Origin: Octopus sinensis
Taxonomy: Eukaryota
DNA length: 64,000 bases
Direction: 5' to 3'
NCBI RefSeq assembly: GCF_006345805.1
Contig: NC_043006.1
Coordinates: forward strand, 51,212,001 to 51,276,000
Below the pieces are notes generated by a model, which did no database searches, had not been told where the DNA came from, and was given only the letters and a program-made list of their open reading frames with translations. This document shows positions 25,182 through 39,081 of the stretch, one piece after another. The translations under genes and the position numbers were made by a program. Numbering within the stretch: the stretch's first letter is position 1; each line of letters starts with the position of its first letter.

Positions 25182-26582
25182 TATTTCTTTATTACCCACA
25201 AAGGGGCCACGAAGAGGGGGACATTACAAGACGGGACATGGGGTACATAAAGTAAAAATAAAATATGAAGTAAAGATGAATTATATGTAATGAGATGGAA
25301 CGGCTTACGAACCCCCAACTCGCAGTTCCGTTTAAAATACAATTGTACATTTCACAATTACATATATTCCAGTTCAAAATACAATTTTACAGTTACATAT
25401 ATTCCAGTTCAAAGTACAATAATTTTACAGTTACATATATTCCAGTTCAAAGTACAATAATTTTACAATTTACATTTTAACATTACATATATTCCTGTTC
25501 AAAATACAACTTTACATCTTACAATTTTACAATTAACAATTTTACTTTTTAACCTTACATATATTCTAATTCTTTTATATTGGACGTTCGTCCGTCATAT
25601 ATTCTAATAGGTCCATTTGGTCTATTACATTTGGTAAATTGTCATACCGTACATAATGCGTTATATGAATAGCATTAAATATCTTTTTTAATTTTGTGTA
25701 TGTTTCTTTTTCTATAATTGCGCCTTTTACATCGTCACCATACAGTTTTGGGTTCACCTTCACCCTGACCAACCCTTTCCTACCTGCAAGTCTCTTTTCC
25801 ACTTCTGTATTCTTGATATACATCACAACTGCTTTCAGGTTTTTTCCTGTAGGCCTTCTTCCATATTTACACGATTCCAACTGCTCGTTCACTCTTGTCT
25901 CCCATTCTTGTTCAAACTCTGTCCTTGGCCGCTCTCTCGCCTTCTCTTTTACTTCCTGTTCTTTGCATGTTCTCTCTTCTTTTTCTTCTGTTATCTTGCT
26001 TTTGATTTTTTTCTTTTTTAGATCTTTCGGTGGTGATTCCACCCTTGTTCTCTTCCTATCTTCTGTTCTTTCCTCTTCTGCACTTGCTCGTTCTTCTCCC
26101 GTATCCTCATTTAGCTGCTCCTCCATTCGTGCTCTCCGCTCTTTCGCTTCCTCCTGCACTTCTCCTCCTCCACACACGCATTTTACACTCCTCTATTACA
26201 GCCTCCGGGTGCTTTTGTTTTTTTCCCGCGGGCACACATCCTTCATGTGGCCCCTCGATTTACAATTATAGCAGATTGGAGGTCTTCCCTCTACCACAAC
26301 TCTAAGCCGTGTCTCATCAGGGTAGACCAACTCCTCCGGGATGTTGTACAGGTCTCGCACGGTTATGTGTGCCAGAACCTGCACCGTATATCCCCACCAC
26401 TTAACCTCTGCTGACTTCTCCACCTTCAACACCTCCACACTATCCTTGCAGTTGAAAAGTACTGCCGCCAGCAACCTCTCCATATTAAATTCGGGCGAAA
26501 TTCTATTGATTCTCATCCTCACTGCCCTCCTTCCGCAGTAACTTGGTAGTAAAGTCCACGACGAATATTCTTCTGAGAAACC
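25182..26582 (-). mobile_element. ORF1-only non-LTR element (gag-like ORF1 with CCHC zinc knuckle, minisatellite 3'UTR, Tx1-type tail)
   Basis: ORFs 26196..26522 and 25575..26177 are in the same frame, separated by TAA TAG. VVVEGRPPICYNCKSRGHMKDVC is a C-X2-C-X4-H-X4-C knuckle. No EN/RT lies before the tail GGCCCCTTTGTGGGTAATAAAGAAATA. Confidence 0.8.
25358..25570. repeat. Minisatellite, ~35-38 bp unit, about 4-5 copies
   Basis: Repeated TTACATATATTCCAGTTCAAA(G/A)TACAA..TTTTACA. Confidence 0.9.
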
Positions 26583-27051
26583 TTATTTATAGGCTTTACA
26601 TGGCTCCCAATGAACTTCCGAAATGGAAAGCTGTGATTGGCTGCTTGGAACTATGGCGCGAAAATAAGTCGAGACATTTTGCGCCAAGTTATAACCAGCG
26701 GTGCGAGCGTAGTAGAGACCAACGTGTCAGCCAATCGAATTAGTGTTTACATCAATGTTGAACTAGCCAAAGCTGTTTGTAATATCGACCGAGGTCATTC
26801 TATATACTCTTCTCAAACAGTGAAGATAGCACTGAGAGACGATATTGCTACAGCAACAAAGGAACTGTGAACATACTTTTGTAAACATCTTTATGGTGAA
26901 TGAATGCTGTAAGTTGTACCTTTCTAGTGTCGTCTGTACTCTTATCTAGCTAATGTGAAGGTATGATGATTTATTGCATGACATGTTAGATATGTTACAG
27001 ACCGTTTTATTGTACAACGAAGCTTTCATTTTCTTTTTCAAGGATTTTTGA

Positions 27052-27277
27052 TTTACACTTCTGCAATTTTTTTGCACTATAAATTTTATTCTCACTTCAC
27101 ATTTAAACAACTTTCCAAGGCAAATGCGTAAGAGTCTTTCCTTAGCAATATAAGTAAAAGTTTTATTTATCTAATAAAGAGAGTGAACGGGATCTAATAT
27201 CTCGAAATAATGGTTCAAAACCATCAAGAGGGGAAATTTTTTTCTACTAGAAATTCTATGTTCATTTCAACTTTTAA
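27052..27277 (+). repeat. ~226-bp dispersed direct repeat, copy 2 (copy 1 at 21142..21369)
   Basis: Colinear with copy 1. Confidence 0.9.
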
Positions 27278-27360
27278 TGTTTCTCCAAATTTTTGCACTA
27301 TAATATTTATTTTCATTTTACATTTAAAACAAACTTCACCTCGGAACAAAACTTACAAGA

Positions 27361-27700
27361 AGGAAATGCAATGATACAGGCAAAAACGAAACCAAGATAA
27401 TCCCCCGACAACAGAGAGAGAGAGAGGTTCTGCGAAACATGAACGATGAACAGCAGGTAGAATACCGGCAAAAAAAGTCGAGAAAGTAATCGAGTACGAG
27501 AAGAAAACATGTCGAAAGAACAGTTGCTTAATTTGATAAATGTTGGGAGCAGAGCATGTCCTCGGCGATTTGGTGTTCCTATGACACAACATCAATCAGA
27601 ACGAACAATTTGCAGTTCAACAATACATCGAAGAAATGGCTAGATCCTGTCTTTACTGTGACACTTTTCAAATCAGAAATGAATCTCAAATCCTCCCAAA
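27361..27700 (+). mobile_element. Possible Helitron RepHel N-terminal fossil
   Basis: Frameshifted translation with charged repeats (RNMNDEQ..ENMSKEQ) followed by EEMARSCLYCD (C-X2-C); resemblance only. Confidence 0.3.
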
Positions 27701-28339
27701 GGTGGTTTCAGTATCATTTACAAATCAGGTAAGTTTGTTTCATTGATATTTCCTCGGCACATACGTCAAAGATGAAGGGTTTGTAAGAAACACATTATCC
27801 AAGATACTAGTTGAGCAGTAAACTATGACATTACAAATTACCTAAATCATAATTTTTTCAATAGCACCTATCCATTGTCTAGATCTAAAGATCATAAAAG
27901 ATCTTTAACAGTTTGTACAGGTCAATAAGGTCAACGTAATTTTTTATTCGGAATGACTGCCCACCTAGTGGAACGATGGACAACGTTTCGTTTGTACGCT
28001 TCGTTTTTGTCTTGGTTCCGTAGATTGGATCTCTTGCCTAAACCAACCACTTCACATAGTGTACCGTGTGCATTTTATTTTGGCATCATCACTAGATAGA
28101 AAGAGAGAGGAGTGGGGGAGAGAAAGGGATTGCTTTGTCCCCAGCAGGACAAAAGAATTTTCTCTTTTTGCTTCCGTTGTTTCGAGGTAAACTGGACCGA
28201 GAGGGTGAGAGTAGGAAAGAGACTAACGAAAAGGGCAGTAGATAGCAATTTAAAAGGAATATAATGAGCGAATACAAAAGATCCCAGTTAGTTAACTTAT
28301 ACATCTCAGCTTCCACCACCATTTTAACGACTGTTTTGT

Positions 28340-29100
28340 TGCGTTTGTATCAGTAGATGAGTCTTCGCTTGGATTTTGTTGCCAGTCCTGATGGTTTTTG
28401 CCATTTCCTTCGTGAAGTTCAACTTCCTGAGATCAATCTTTAACACTTTAGTTCTCTATTGCAAGTTTTTGCTTCTGTATTTGGAATTTCTGCTCTAAGT
28501 CTATAAATTCAGCTATAACAACTAGGTCGTCGATATATATAGGACTTCCCAGAGATGGGTTTAAAACTCCTGTGTAGCCAATACTGTAATAAACAGAAGT
28601 TGCGAACTGAGCTCTAATGGATCCTTCACTGCACACTAAATTCCTCACCGCACATCCTTACATAGCTTGTACGGCTCTCACAAGTGATTCCTCTATGCTT
28701 AGTCACCTTAGCAACCACTAGATTTCATTGCACAAAATTCTGTCAAAGGACCATCACCAGATAGATGAATTATAGACACAGCAGTAATTTCCTAGACATC
28801 TATTTTCTTGGCAGTTATGTTGCTAGGAAGATGGTATCAGTAGTACTTCGTGGAACAAATCTGAACCGCGTCTAGAGCAAGTCCTTTTAATTACCCTTTC
28901 CGTAACTTTCATAACTAAGTCTAACAATTTCATTTTTCCTTAGTTACCTCTCTAGTGCATCTCTTTTACCAGTTGCCTGTGACACTACTAAAGCAGTCAT
29001 TGATAGATTGCCTAATATGCCAATTATTTTGCGCAGATGGCCCTTCATACCCTCAATTGTATTTGCAACCATACCACAGTCAACGTTATTAGTTTGTTTT
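28340..29100 (-). mobile_element. Degenerate RTE-clade LINE RT fragment
   Basis: FRFVPRSTTDTIFL (cf. FGFVPGRSTTDAIF) and YIDDLVVIAE..LEQKFQ (YADD motif; ORF 28448..28648). Confidence 0.75.
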
Positions 29101-30455
29101 GTATAGGATGCGTTGTCTACAGTCAGCAAACTCACATAATCGCTCATGAGCACTGTAGTGCTAATGTGTGGGCACCATAAGTTCTCGGAGGACTCTGGTC
29201 CAAAAGGTCCTGTCATCCTGCTACAATCTCACTTTTATATGTGCACTAAATACATAAGCAAGCTTTATTTGTTTTACTGGAATGACATAATTATTAATTA
29301 TCTGCTTTCAGATTGGCACCAGGCCAACCCTGATCAGAGGTATTTCAGCAATGAACATTCCGCTCTTTATGTATTATCAGAAACTGTGTTGTTATGTTGC
29401 CCAGTGTATCTTTGGTGTTTAGCTGTCAATCAATTAGGCAGTAAGGAACTACAGACATTGAATAAAAACATTCAAGTCATGACTATCCAATCCTCTCAAA
29501 CATCATTCATCAATGACTATATCATGCAATATTTTTTTAGACTGTGGGGTTGTAAGGCTTTATTTGAAGATTTAACTATTATTTCCAACTGGGTCAAACG
29601 ATCACAAAAGAATTGGTGAGTGATGGAGAAATGCTCATCACTTATTGTTTTTCAAAAGTTTGGAGTTAAAAGTCCATCTGGAGTCACAACTTCCTTTAAT
29701 AAAATCCGTGCAAGTACTGAGATCAATAAAAATTGATTATAGGCAGTGGATGTGGAGCAGCATTAAAACATTGGACAAAAATACCTGCTGTGTTTAGCTA
29801 AGTCCCTTTGCATTCCCAGTTCAATTCCATCAAAGCCTACATAGTTTCTCATCTTCCTGGGGGTTAATAAAGTAAAACACTTGTCAAGTACTGGGACCAA
29901 TTTGATATTCCAATAAATCTTCCTCAGTGTAAATGCAATCATAACAGAAGATTAGACTATCTCCTCAGCAAGTTGTAGCCTACCATTATTAACCACCTTG
30001 TATTCCAATGATTAGCTGTCAAATTTGGTCGGAATAACCTGGTATTGAAATCTTATGACTGTCCCGAAAAGTAGTAACATAATTATGTAAGAACTATCTT
30101 AAATGTTGTGCATTTGCGGTAAGAAGACATCACAGAACTGACATCTCTCCAAGTCATACTCACAAGATGAGCTGAATCATATGCAACATGCTAATGAAAT
30201 ATACGTAGCTTCCTCAGCTTACAATTAATTACATGTACTTTGTTTATGGTACTTATTTTCAGCTCTACAGACTAAATCAGTTGGAACTTGAGTGTATTAA
30301 ATGCTTGAAATGTTAACTTGGTCATCTACAGTTTTAACAAGAACCATGCTGTTATTCTCCCAATAATAAACAATGTGAATAGTTTTATCAAAAATACAGT
30401 TTTTGAATGCCTACCAAATAAGAGTTCACAAATTTGAATAGAATTACAAATGCTT

Positions 30456-30725
30456 TTTATTTTCTTTTTTTTTTTGCCAGGAGGCAGCAAAGATATGAGT
30501 ATAAGGAATTGGATAATCTCAGTGGATAACTGATACTTTGTTGATTAAAAGAAATATACGAAATAAAAGTCAATTCTTAAGATTTTAATTCAGGATTTAG
30601 AATGATGACTATATTTCTCTGAACATTAATCTCTGTGCCCTATTGTTTTTTTGCCACTCTGACAAATAAGAAAGAAAGAAAAAAAAAAAAAAAAAAAAAC
30701 AAGGTGAAGTATTTAGTTCTTTATT
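30456..30725 (-). terminator. Candidate polyadenylation signals of TUBA-B
   Basis: AATAAA on - at 30720-30725 and 30456-30461, with a long U-rich tract between (~30670-30700). Confidence 0.5.
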
Positions 30726-30758
30726 TGTTGGAGAGTGGTCACAATATCACTGAGTGAT

Positions 30759-32275
<1,517 letters not shown>

Positions 32276-33728
32276 CTATTCATACATAAACATCATCTCT
32301 ACATGAGTATATGTATGTAGTAAATTCACATTATATATATATATATATATATATATAATGAACATTAAAAATGTCATCTGAAATAATTCTGTAGTTAGGA
32401 AAAGACTTCTGATCAATAACGTAATTTCAATAATCAATGGCAAGTATGAGAGATAACCCTGGAGACGTAGTTTTTATTAGGCTTAACTTTATTGGACCCT
32501 AGAGATGAATGAATCATTAAGTTGATATAAAAACATCAATGGAATTTAGTTGATTCCATCAATGCATTCTTTAATCATTGAACTACCTACTTATAGAATT
32601 ACTGTTTAAGTGATCAAGTATTCCATAAATACATGCTCTCTGAACATAACTGTCAATCAGATCTAGCTTGACACAGGGTGATAAAGCTGGTTTATTTTGT
32701 ATCACAATGTACAATCCAATAGGCTTCTACAGTTTCTACTTACCCAACTTTACTCACAAATCTTGGGTTGACCTGAAAGTCAAAGAACTTGTCCAAGATA
32801 CCAGGTAAATGGGACTGAACCTTGCACCACATGATTACAAAGCAAATTACTTAAGTCATGTAACTCTTGTAACCATTAGACATGTTCCTTTTCTTTATGG
32901 ATTCTGTTATCATAATGGCTGGTAAGCCACTAAACTAGCAAGATAGATATCCATTAATCCTCAATTTAGACCTGCTTGCCATATTGGCACAAGTTGGACA
33001 GGTTATCACATTCTGAGTTAATCCATATTTGGAGTTAGTGCCTTCCTAGACATGCTAGAAGACTAAAACTTGCATTTAGTTCATTATTCCATGCTTCCTA
33101 TGGCTAAGTGTCCTTGCAAATATTTACAACTATACAAAGTGTAGATGATTTTAACATCGTACAAGTATTATAAAATTTGCAACATCCTCAACAAGATTAA
33201 AAATCTCTTTAATTTCATTCACCAACCACTTAACAACATACTGGGTTCATTTTATCATGGCACCAACACTAAAGAAGTTGACGTGTCCTATACAAGGCTG
33301 CAAAAAGAGATCTCTTTATGTTGTTCCTATTTGTTCAGGGCAAATGTGAGCAAGGAAATAAACAAAAGAGAACAGAAAAAGTATAACAGGTTGAGGAGGA
33401 AAACAAGAGTTAGAAGAGTGTAAGTGTGGTATGGAAGAATTAATGGAAGAGAGTGAAGGGTAGTAATAAATGAGTGATGGTAAAAAGTAGCAAGCAATAA
33501 ATGCAGGCCTTCTGAGAGTGGTGATATTGATGTTGTTAATGTTCTGTTTCAAATGTTGTAAGTCAACACCTGCAAGGAAAACATGACTGAAGAAAGGGAG
33601 AGTTGGATGTACTAAGACAAGAAGTGAAGAAATGACTGGATCAGAGGTGCCTAAATGACAGAAGTATGTGACCAGTCAGCCAGCCAGGTATCCCTGTCTT
33701 TTAAATTATACTTTTGTTAATTTATATA

Positions 33729-34584
33729 CATAGGTGGCATCAAAAAGTTCCAGGACTAGTTATGTTTAATAAAAAATAACATCTAAATTTTAGCATCAAC
33801 ACCTTTGAAATGGTCACCTTGCACCACAATACACTAGTCCAAGTGTTCCTGTTACTTTTGGAATCTGGCCTGGAAGTCGTTTTCCATTAGCGAGTCGAAA
33901 GCCTTCTGCAATTTGCTCTGGATCTTGACAATGGTATTAAAACAGTAACTTTTGAGTTGCATTTTCATCTTGGGGAAGAGATCAAAGTCCACAGGTGCTA
34001 AATCTGGTGAATAGAGCAGGTACGGAAGCAATATGTTTTTGATGAGAAACTCAAGAGGTAGGAGAGCTCAGTGACACAGATCCAGTCACTTTTGCCAAAA
34101 GTCTTCCCTCAAATGCTTCAAAACTCTCGATTGATGATCTGACCCTGGGGGATGAATTCTTGATGCACACTACCACATTTCTGGGAGTGATGCTTATGGC
34201 AGATCTCCCAGATTGCTCATTGTCTTTCAAGGATGTTCTCCTGCTTTTGAAGCACCCATACCACTTGAACCATTGCACACGACTCATTGCCTCATCACCA
34301 TAAGCTTGCTGAAACATGCTTAGTGTCTCAGTAGCAAACTTATCAAGTTTAAAGCAAAATTTCATGTTGGCTCTCTTTGTTCCCATCTATGACAAAATCG
34401 CAGACTACAGCATACACATGATCACAAAAACACAAATTTCACAACTTGCAAAGTAAACCCAGCAATGTTACTTAGCACACTGTTTCATGAAGGTCACTGC
34501 TAGCTCTCACGGTGCACACAACCATGTGCTGCCATCTATTGGTACACTACAAAACTAGTCTGGGAACTTTTTGACACCCTCTCA
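33729..34584 (-). mobile_element. Internally deleted mariner element in TUBA-B intron 1
   Basis: Imperfect TIRs (..TCAAAAAGTTCC.GGACTAG) with TA flanks; N-terminal KRANMKFCFKL..ETLSMFQQAYGDEAMSR and C-terminal YSPDLAPVDFDLFPKMK; catalytic middle missing. Confidence 0.88.
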
Positions 34585-34667
34585 TACATTCAGTTTTGTT
34601 TATTCACATTTCAAAATCTATTACTATTGTTGATGTTTTATGGCTAACAAATGTTTATCAATACTAT

Positions 34668-35020
34668 CTTATTTGTTTCAGTCACTAGACTGGCCATGCT
34701 GGGGCTGCTCTGAAGAATTTTTTAGCCAAATGAATCAACCCCAGTACTTATTTTTTTAAAAAAGCCTGGTACTTATTCTATTGGTCACTTGCCAAACTGC
34801 TAAGTTACGAGGATGTAAACACACCAATACTGGTTGTCAAGTGGTGTTGGGGCAACAAACACAAAATGGGCTTCTTTCAGTTTCCATCTATCAAATCCAC
34901 TCACAAGGCTTTGATCAGCCTGAGGCTATAGTGGAAGGCACTTGTCCAAGGTACCATGCAGTGGGACTGAACCCAGAGCCATGTAGTTGGGAAATAAGCT
35001 TCTTATCACACAGCCATGTC
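34668..35020 (-). mobile_element. SINE family D copy
   Basis: Reverse complement of the family D head and tail. Confidence 0.7.
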
Positions 35021-36293
35021 TGCATATATATATATATTTAAATATTTCTCAAGTCAATATTTAAATAGGGGGTCAAATTAAGAAAACTATATATGCATCT
35101 ATCCCCACTTCCTACACCCCATGGGGCAGTACTGCCCATTTTGAGAAGCATTGTTTTATTGGAAATGTTTAGTAGTATGATGCAGGTATAGGAGCAATTG
35201 TCTTCTAGTACAGTCTTGGGCCAATCAAAGTCTTGTGAGTGAATTTGGGAGATGGAAACTGAAAGAAGCCTGCAGTGTGTATGCGTTTGTGTACTCTTAG
35301 TTTGATTTCACATGATTGTAAATGAGCATCAATCATTCCCCATCTTCTGTGAAAAATGTCTGGCCATTGGGAAAGAGATGAAGAAAGAGCATCTGGCTGT
35401 AGAAAATCTGCTTCAACAAATCTTGTCCAACCCATGCAGGCATAGAAAAATGAATGTTAAAATGAGGTTTATATTGACAGTAAATTTACTTGTATGTTCT
35501 ATGCAATGTTTCTTTATGTTTCATTAACAATTTTCTGTCACTCGCTCTCTCTCTCTCTCTCTCTCTAACAGTTTGTCCTACTAGAAATAGCAGTCAAATC
35601 TCCCTTAAAACACTACTTGTCTTAAGAAAGGGGATGACATATTAGACAATGTAATCGTATATATACAAGCAGGATGGTCATGGTTACAGTATAGATAGAC
35701 CTGCATCAGTGGTTAACAACGATGGTCAGAATACATAAAAAAAAACACAGCCATCAAATCACACCACCAATCACTAGCATAATTATATCAAACTGCCATA
35801 AATAATTTTATTGACAGATTTCTTGTTCATTTGTTTGCTTATATGAAAATGAATTTATAACAGTTGAAAATATTTAAAAATGAGACAAAATGAGAGAGCT
35901 CCTAAGTGATTGATCGAATTGTAAGAAATAACAGCCAAATTTCACTTAAATCACACCCTACTGAATTTTTCCTTCTAAATTATATAACACATTTAACAGT
36001 GGAGTACTAGATATGCAAGAAGAGAGATGATCACGATTTAAAAGCCTCTGATCAACAGAGCTCATCTATCAGGGCTAGCCTAGGGCTAATTAAGAAAAGA
36101 ATAATCACATAAAAGAACCAAGAATTCAAAATTTATAAATGTAAAAAGAAATAAGTCGGTTCACCATCCCTACATTTCTTTAGCATTCTACTTCTAATTG
36201 AATAATAAATTCAACCTCAAAACGTAAAATAGCGGTCACTCACTATATAATAATAATGATGATGTCACTGATGATAATTAAAATTAATCTTAC

Positions 36294-36296
36294 CAT
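36294..36296 (-). CDS. TUBA: Alpha-tubulin B, proximal first coding exon 1a (ATG only)
   Basis: AATCCATT-ATG|GTAAGATTAATTT; context matches TUBA-A (ATCCATT-ATG|GTAAG); conserved leader hairpin at 36423-36453. Confidence 0.8.
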
Positions 36297-38149
36297 AATG
36301 GATTTTGGATCTTAAGATAAATTGAAAGACGAAGATGAGATTGTAGTGGTATTAGTTGTTGTAGATGCTGCAGTTGTAGCAGTCGCTGGAAGGTATGGTT
36401 GTTGTAGCAGTACTACAATGTTCGCTCATGGATTCGATGTATCCTTAATGAGGCCAAATATTGGTTATGAACGTCTGAGATGGTACCATGATTTTGAGTG
36501 TATATGTGTATATGTGTGCATGCGTGTGTGAGCGCGCCTCCTATAACTACTATCCTACACAATATTTATCGATTATATTTATTATATCATTATTTACTAG
36601 ATCCAAAACGAAGTGTCGTTTTCCACATCCTCTTTTCCACCATTTCGGAAACTCAGTGCTGGATCTTACAACCACCATCACCACTACAACAACCCGCCTT
36701 TTTTTTTTTCTGCGACATCTATCTTTCATTTTGTTTACGAATGCGTCTTTTCACAAACACAGATCCGAAATAGTCATATTCATACACAAACACATACAAA
36801 CGACAGGAGACATTGAAACAATCATACATGTATTTGTGTATATACACACACACACACACACACACACATAGACACTAAAAATTATGTAATATAGTCAATA
36901 AGAACATCTATGTGGTTGTCCTACTAGCTAGAAATAGCAGCGTATCTACGTTTTAGAGAAGGCCACATTTGATAATATAGTCTTATACATACTATATAAC
37001 ATACGCAGTTTCGAGTTACGTGTTTTTGAAAAGAAATCAATGGAAAAAATAAACCTCGACTCCATTAGATTTTTATCCGACTTTACGTCGATCCCAAACA
37101 TTTAAAATTATGAAAATAAAAAACCCCACTTAAATACCTTTACCGAGGAGGAATATCAAATAATACACGTTAAAATACGTAGAAACCATTTATTAAAACA
37201 TAACTTTTTTGGAAAATGTCTTTTCGTGTTAAGTTGTTTCTTGGAAGCAATTATCGATCTATGTTGAGGTATGCCTACATGTAGTATGACTGAGACAGTG
37301 ATTGCTGTAATATCTTTGCTCAATCAGGTCTGACCTAGGATTAAACAAGAAACATTTGCACAAACACTAAAGAGGAGTAAAATATGAAAGGCATGTACAT
37401 TCACAAATACACAATCTAGATAAGTAATTTACCATAACAGACACACATATACTGTCATTCGAACGTAAACACGCAGACAACGATAAACACTAGAAGTATC
37501 TTTAAAGATTATTATATACACGAACACATGCATATATTAACTGACGCAGTGTATTTGGTTGATGGAAACTACTTAAAGCCCGTCGCGCGCGCTCATATGA
37601 ATGTGTGAGTCTGCTCCACCACTTGTCAACTGGTATTAAGTTCCTTACGTTCCGTAACTTAGAGGTCCAGCAAAAAGAGACCGATCGAATAAATACTAAA
37701 CGTAAAATAAGTACTAGGATAGATTCAATCTATAAGGCTCCAGCATAGCCGCAGTCCAATAACTGGAACAGGAGTAAAGAGCGCACGCACACACAACGAT
37801 CACATGTATGCATGTGTGTGCGCGCAGTGTGATCGCAAGAACTTCCTCGTCTATCCTCCCTAAAGTGAAACTAGTGAGATTTCGATCAGTAAATCCCAAA
37901 GCAAAAAACTTCATTACTTTGCAGAAACCAGAGATTTAACCAAAGACCTTTAGACCTTGTCTAACATGCTCCTAAACGGAGATAATTTAACTCTGCAAAA
38001 TGGTCTAATTTGTTAAAATGCCATGAAAAAGCGAATATCTTGCTGAGGTATACCTAACTAAATGCATTAAATACAAATAAAGGAAAAACTAATTCCAATA
38101 AAAATAAAAGTGTCTCAGAAAGTATAAACATTTATGGCACCAAGAGACA

Positions 38150-38450
38150 AAATGGAAAAGGCGTTGCCCAGGAGATTGCCACTGATTCATGGGGCTCGCA
38201 CTTGCAGACAGCAATCTCTGCCCCGATACCGATGAGTTGGGATATGGTCCGGAGCCAAGAACACCGCAGGTCTCAACTGCCACAGGCTTACCATAAACCT
38301 GTTGGAAAGCAACCGATATCTTGACAGTTTTTTTTCTCAGCCCGACGAGCAGCGGAACCTGGTGATTAACACTAAATTGTCGATGGAGATGGTGTCACAG
38401 TATGTGATATCTCAGATGAGGTCTACTGTCATGGAACGGGAAAAGATTTT
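38150..38450 (-). mobile_element. CRE-clade-like (restriction-like endonuclease) non-LTR retrotransposon 3' fossil
   Basis: With frameshifts: PF..SR.LI*DITYCDT..GSAARRAEKK..RY..L..RF..KPVAVETCGVLG, matching the RLE-domain pattern WDxTxxDT..AAxxAExxKxxKY..PxAVETxGxxG. Confidence 0.7.
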
Positions 38451-39081
38451 TACTGACTTTTCTAATACAATTTCGTTCCTCACCCAACTTTCTTTTACTC
38501 TGAAATCGATAATCTATATACGTACATAAACCGCACGACGTATTGCAGTTATGACTAACACTTTCAGCGTAAGAAATGTCCGGGTTTTCTATTATATGTT
38601 TCAGCGCAAAGGCTGTGTCCATGCTGGAGCACCCAGCACATAATGCAGTTGTCGCTTAATATGCAGAAAACAGCGCCTCTCAAAACTATACAAATCACAC
38701 CCAGACTGCATTGAACAATATAGTTCCCAATATACAAACCACGGAATTGTCACGACTGGAGTGCCTTTCATCATAATTTTATTTTTACAGGTGGTTTGTT
38801 GGGGGGCTACACAACAGCACCGGTGTTTACTTCGAGTCACTGCGTGAACGCGACTTGTAGAGCATAGCAAACTTTTCTTCAAATCGCACCCTGCCATCTT
38901 AAATTAGGACAGGATGAATTGGCAAATACATCTCTAAACAGAACACACAGACAGGTGCGATATCTATATCTGCCTGTTTGTAACATCTGTTAGCAGATTA
39001 TGGAGGGCGCCTGTGGTGGGATAGTGTAATCTTGCAGCTTCAGTGGTAGACGAGATCTCTCTCTCTCTCTCTCTCACTGAA

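Noticed and set aside
25358-25570. CRISPR-like array
   Set aside because: Head-to-tail minisatellite with no unique spacers, eukaryotic context and no cas genes.
25696-26271. 191-aa Ser/Phe-rich + strand ORF
   Set aside because: Antisense shadow of the purine-rich ORF1 frame.
21142-27277. LTR retrotransposon defined by the direct repeats
   Set aside because: No TG..CA termini, PBS, PPT or pol; the internal gag-like ORF belongs to a separate non-LTR element.
37427-38294. Further ATG|GT candidates on - (37435 GTAAAT; 38294 GTAAGC)
   Set aside because: The first lacks promoter or leader similarity; the second lies inside the CRE-like fossil.
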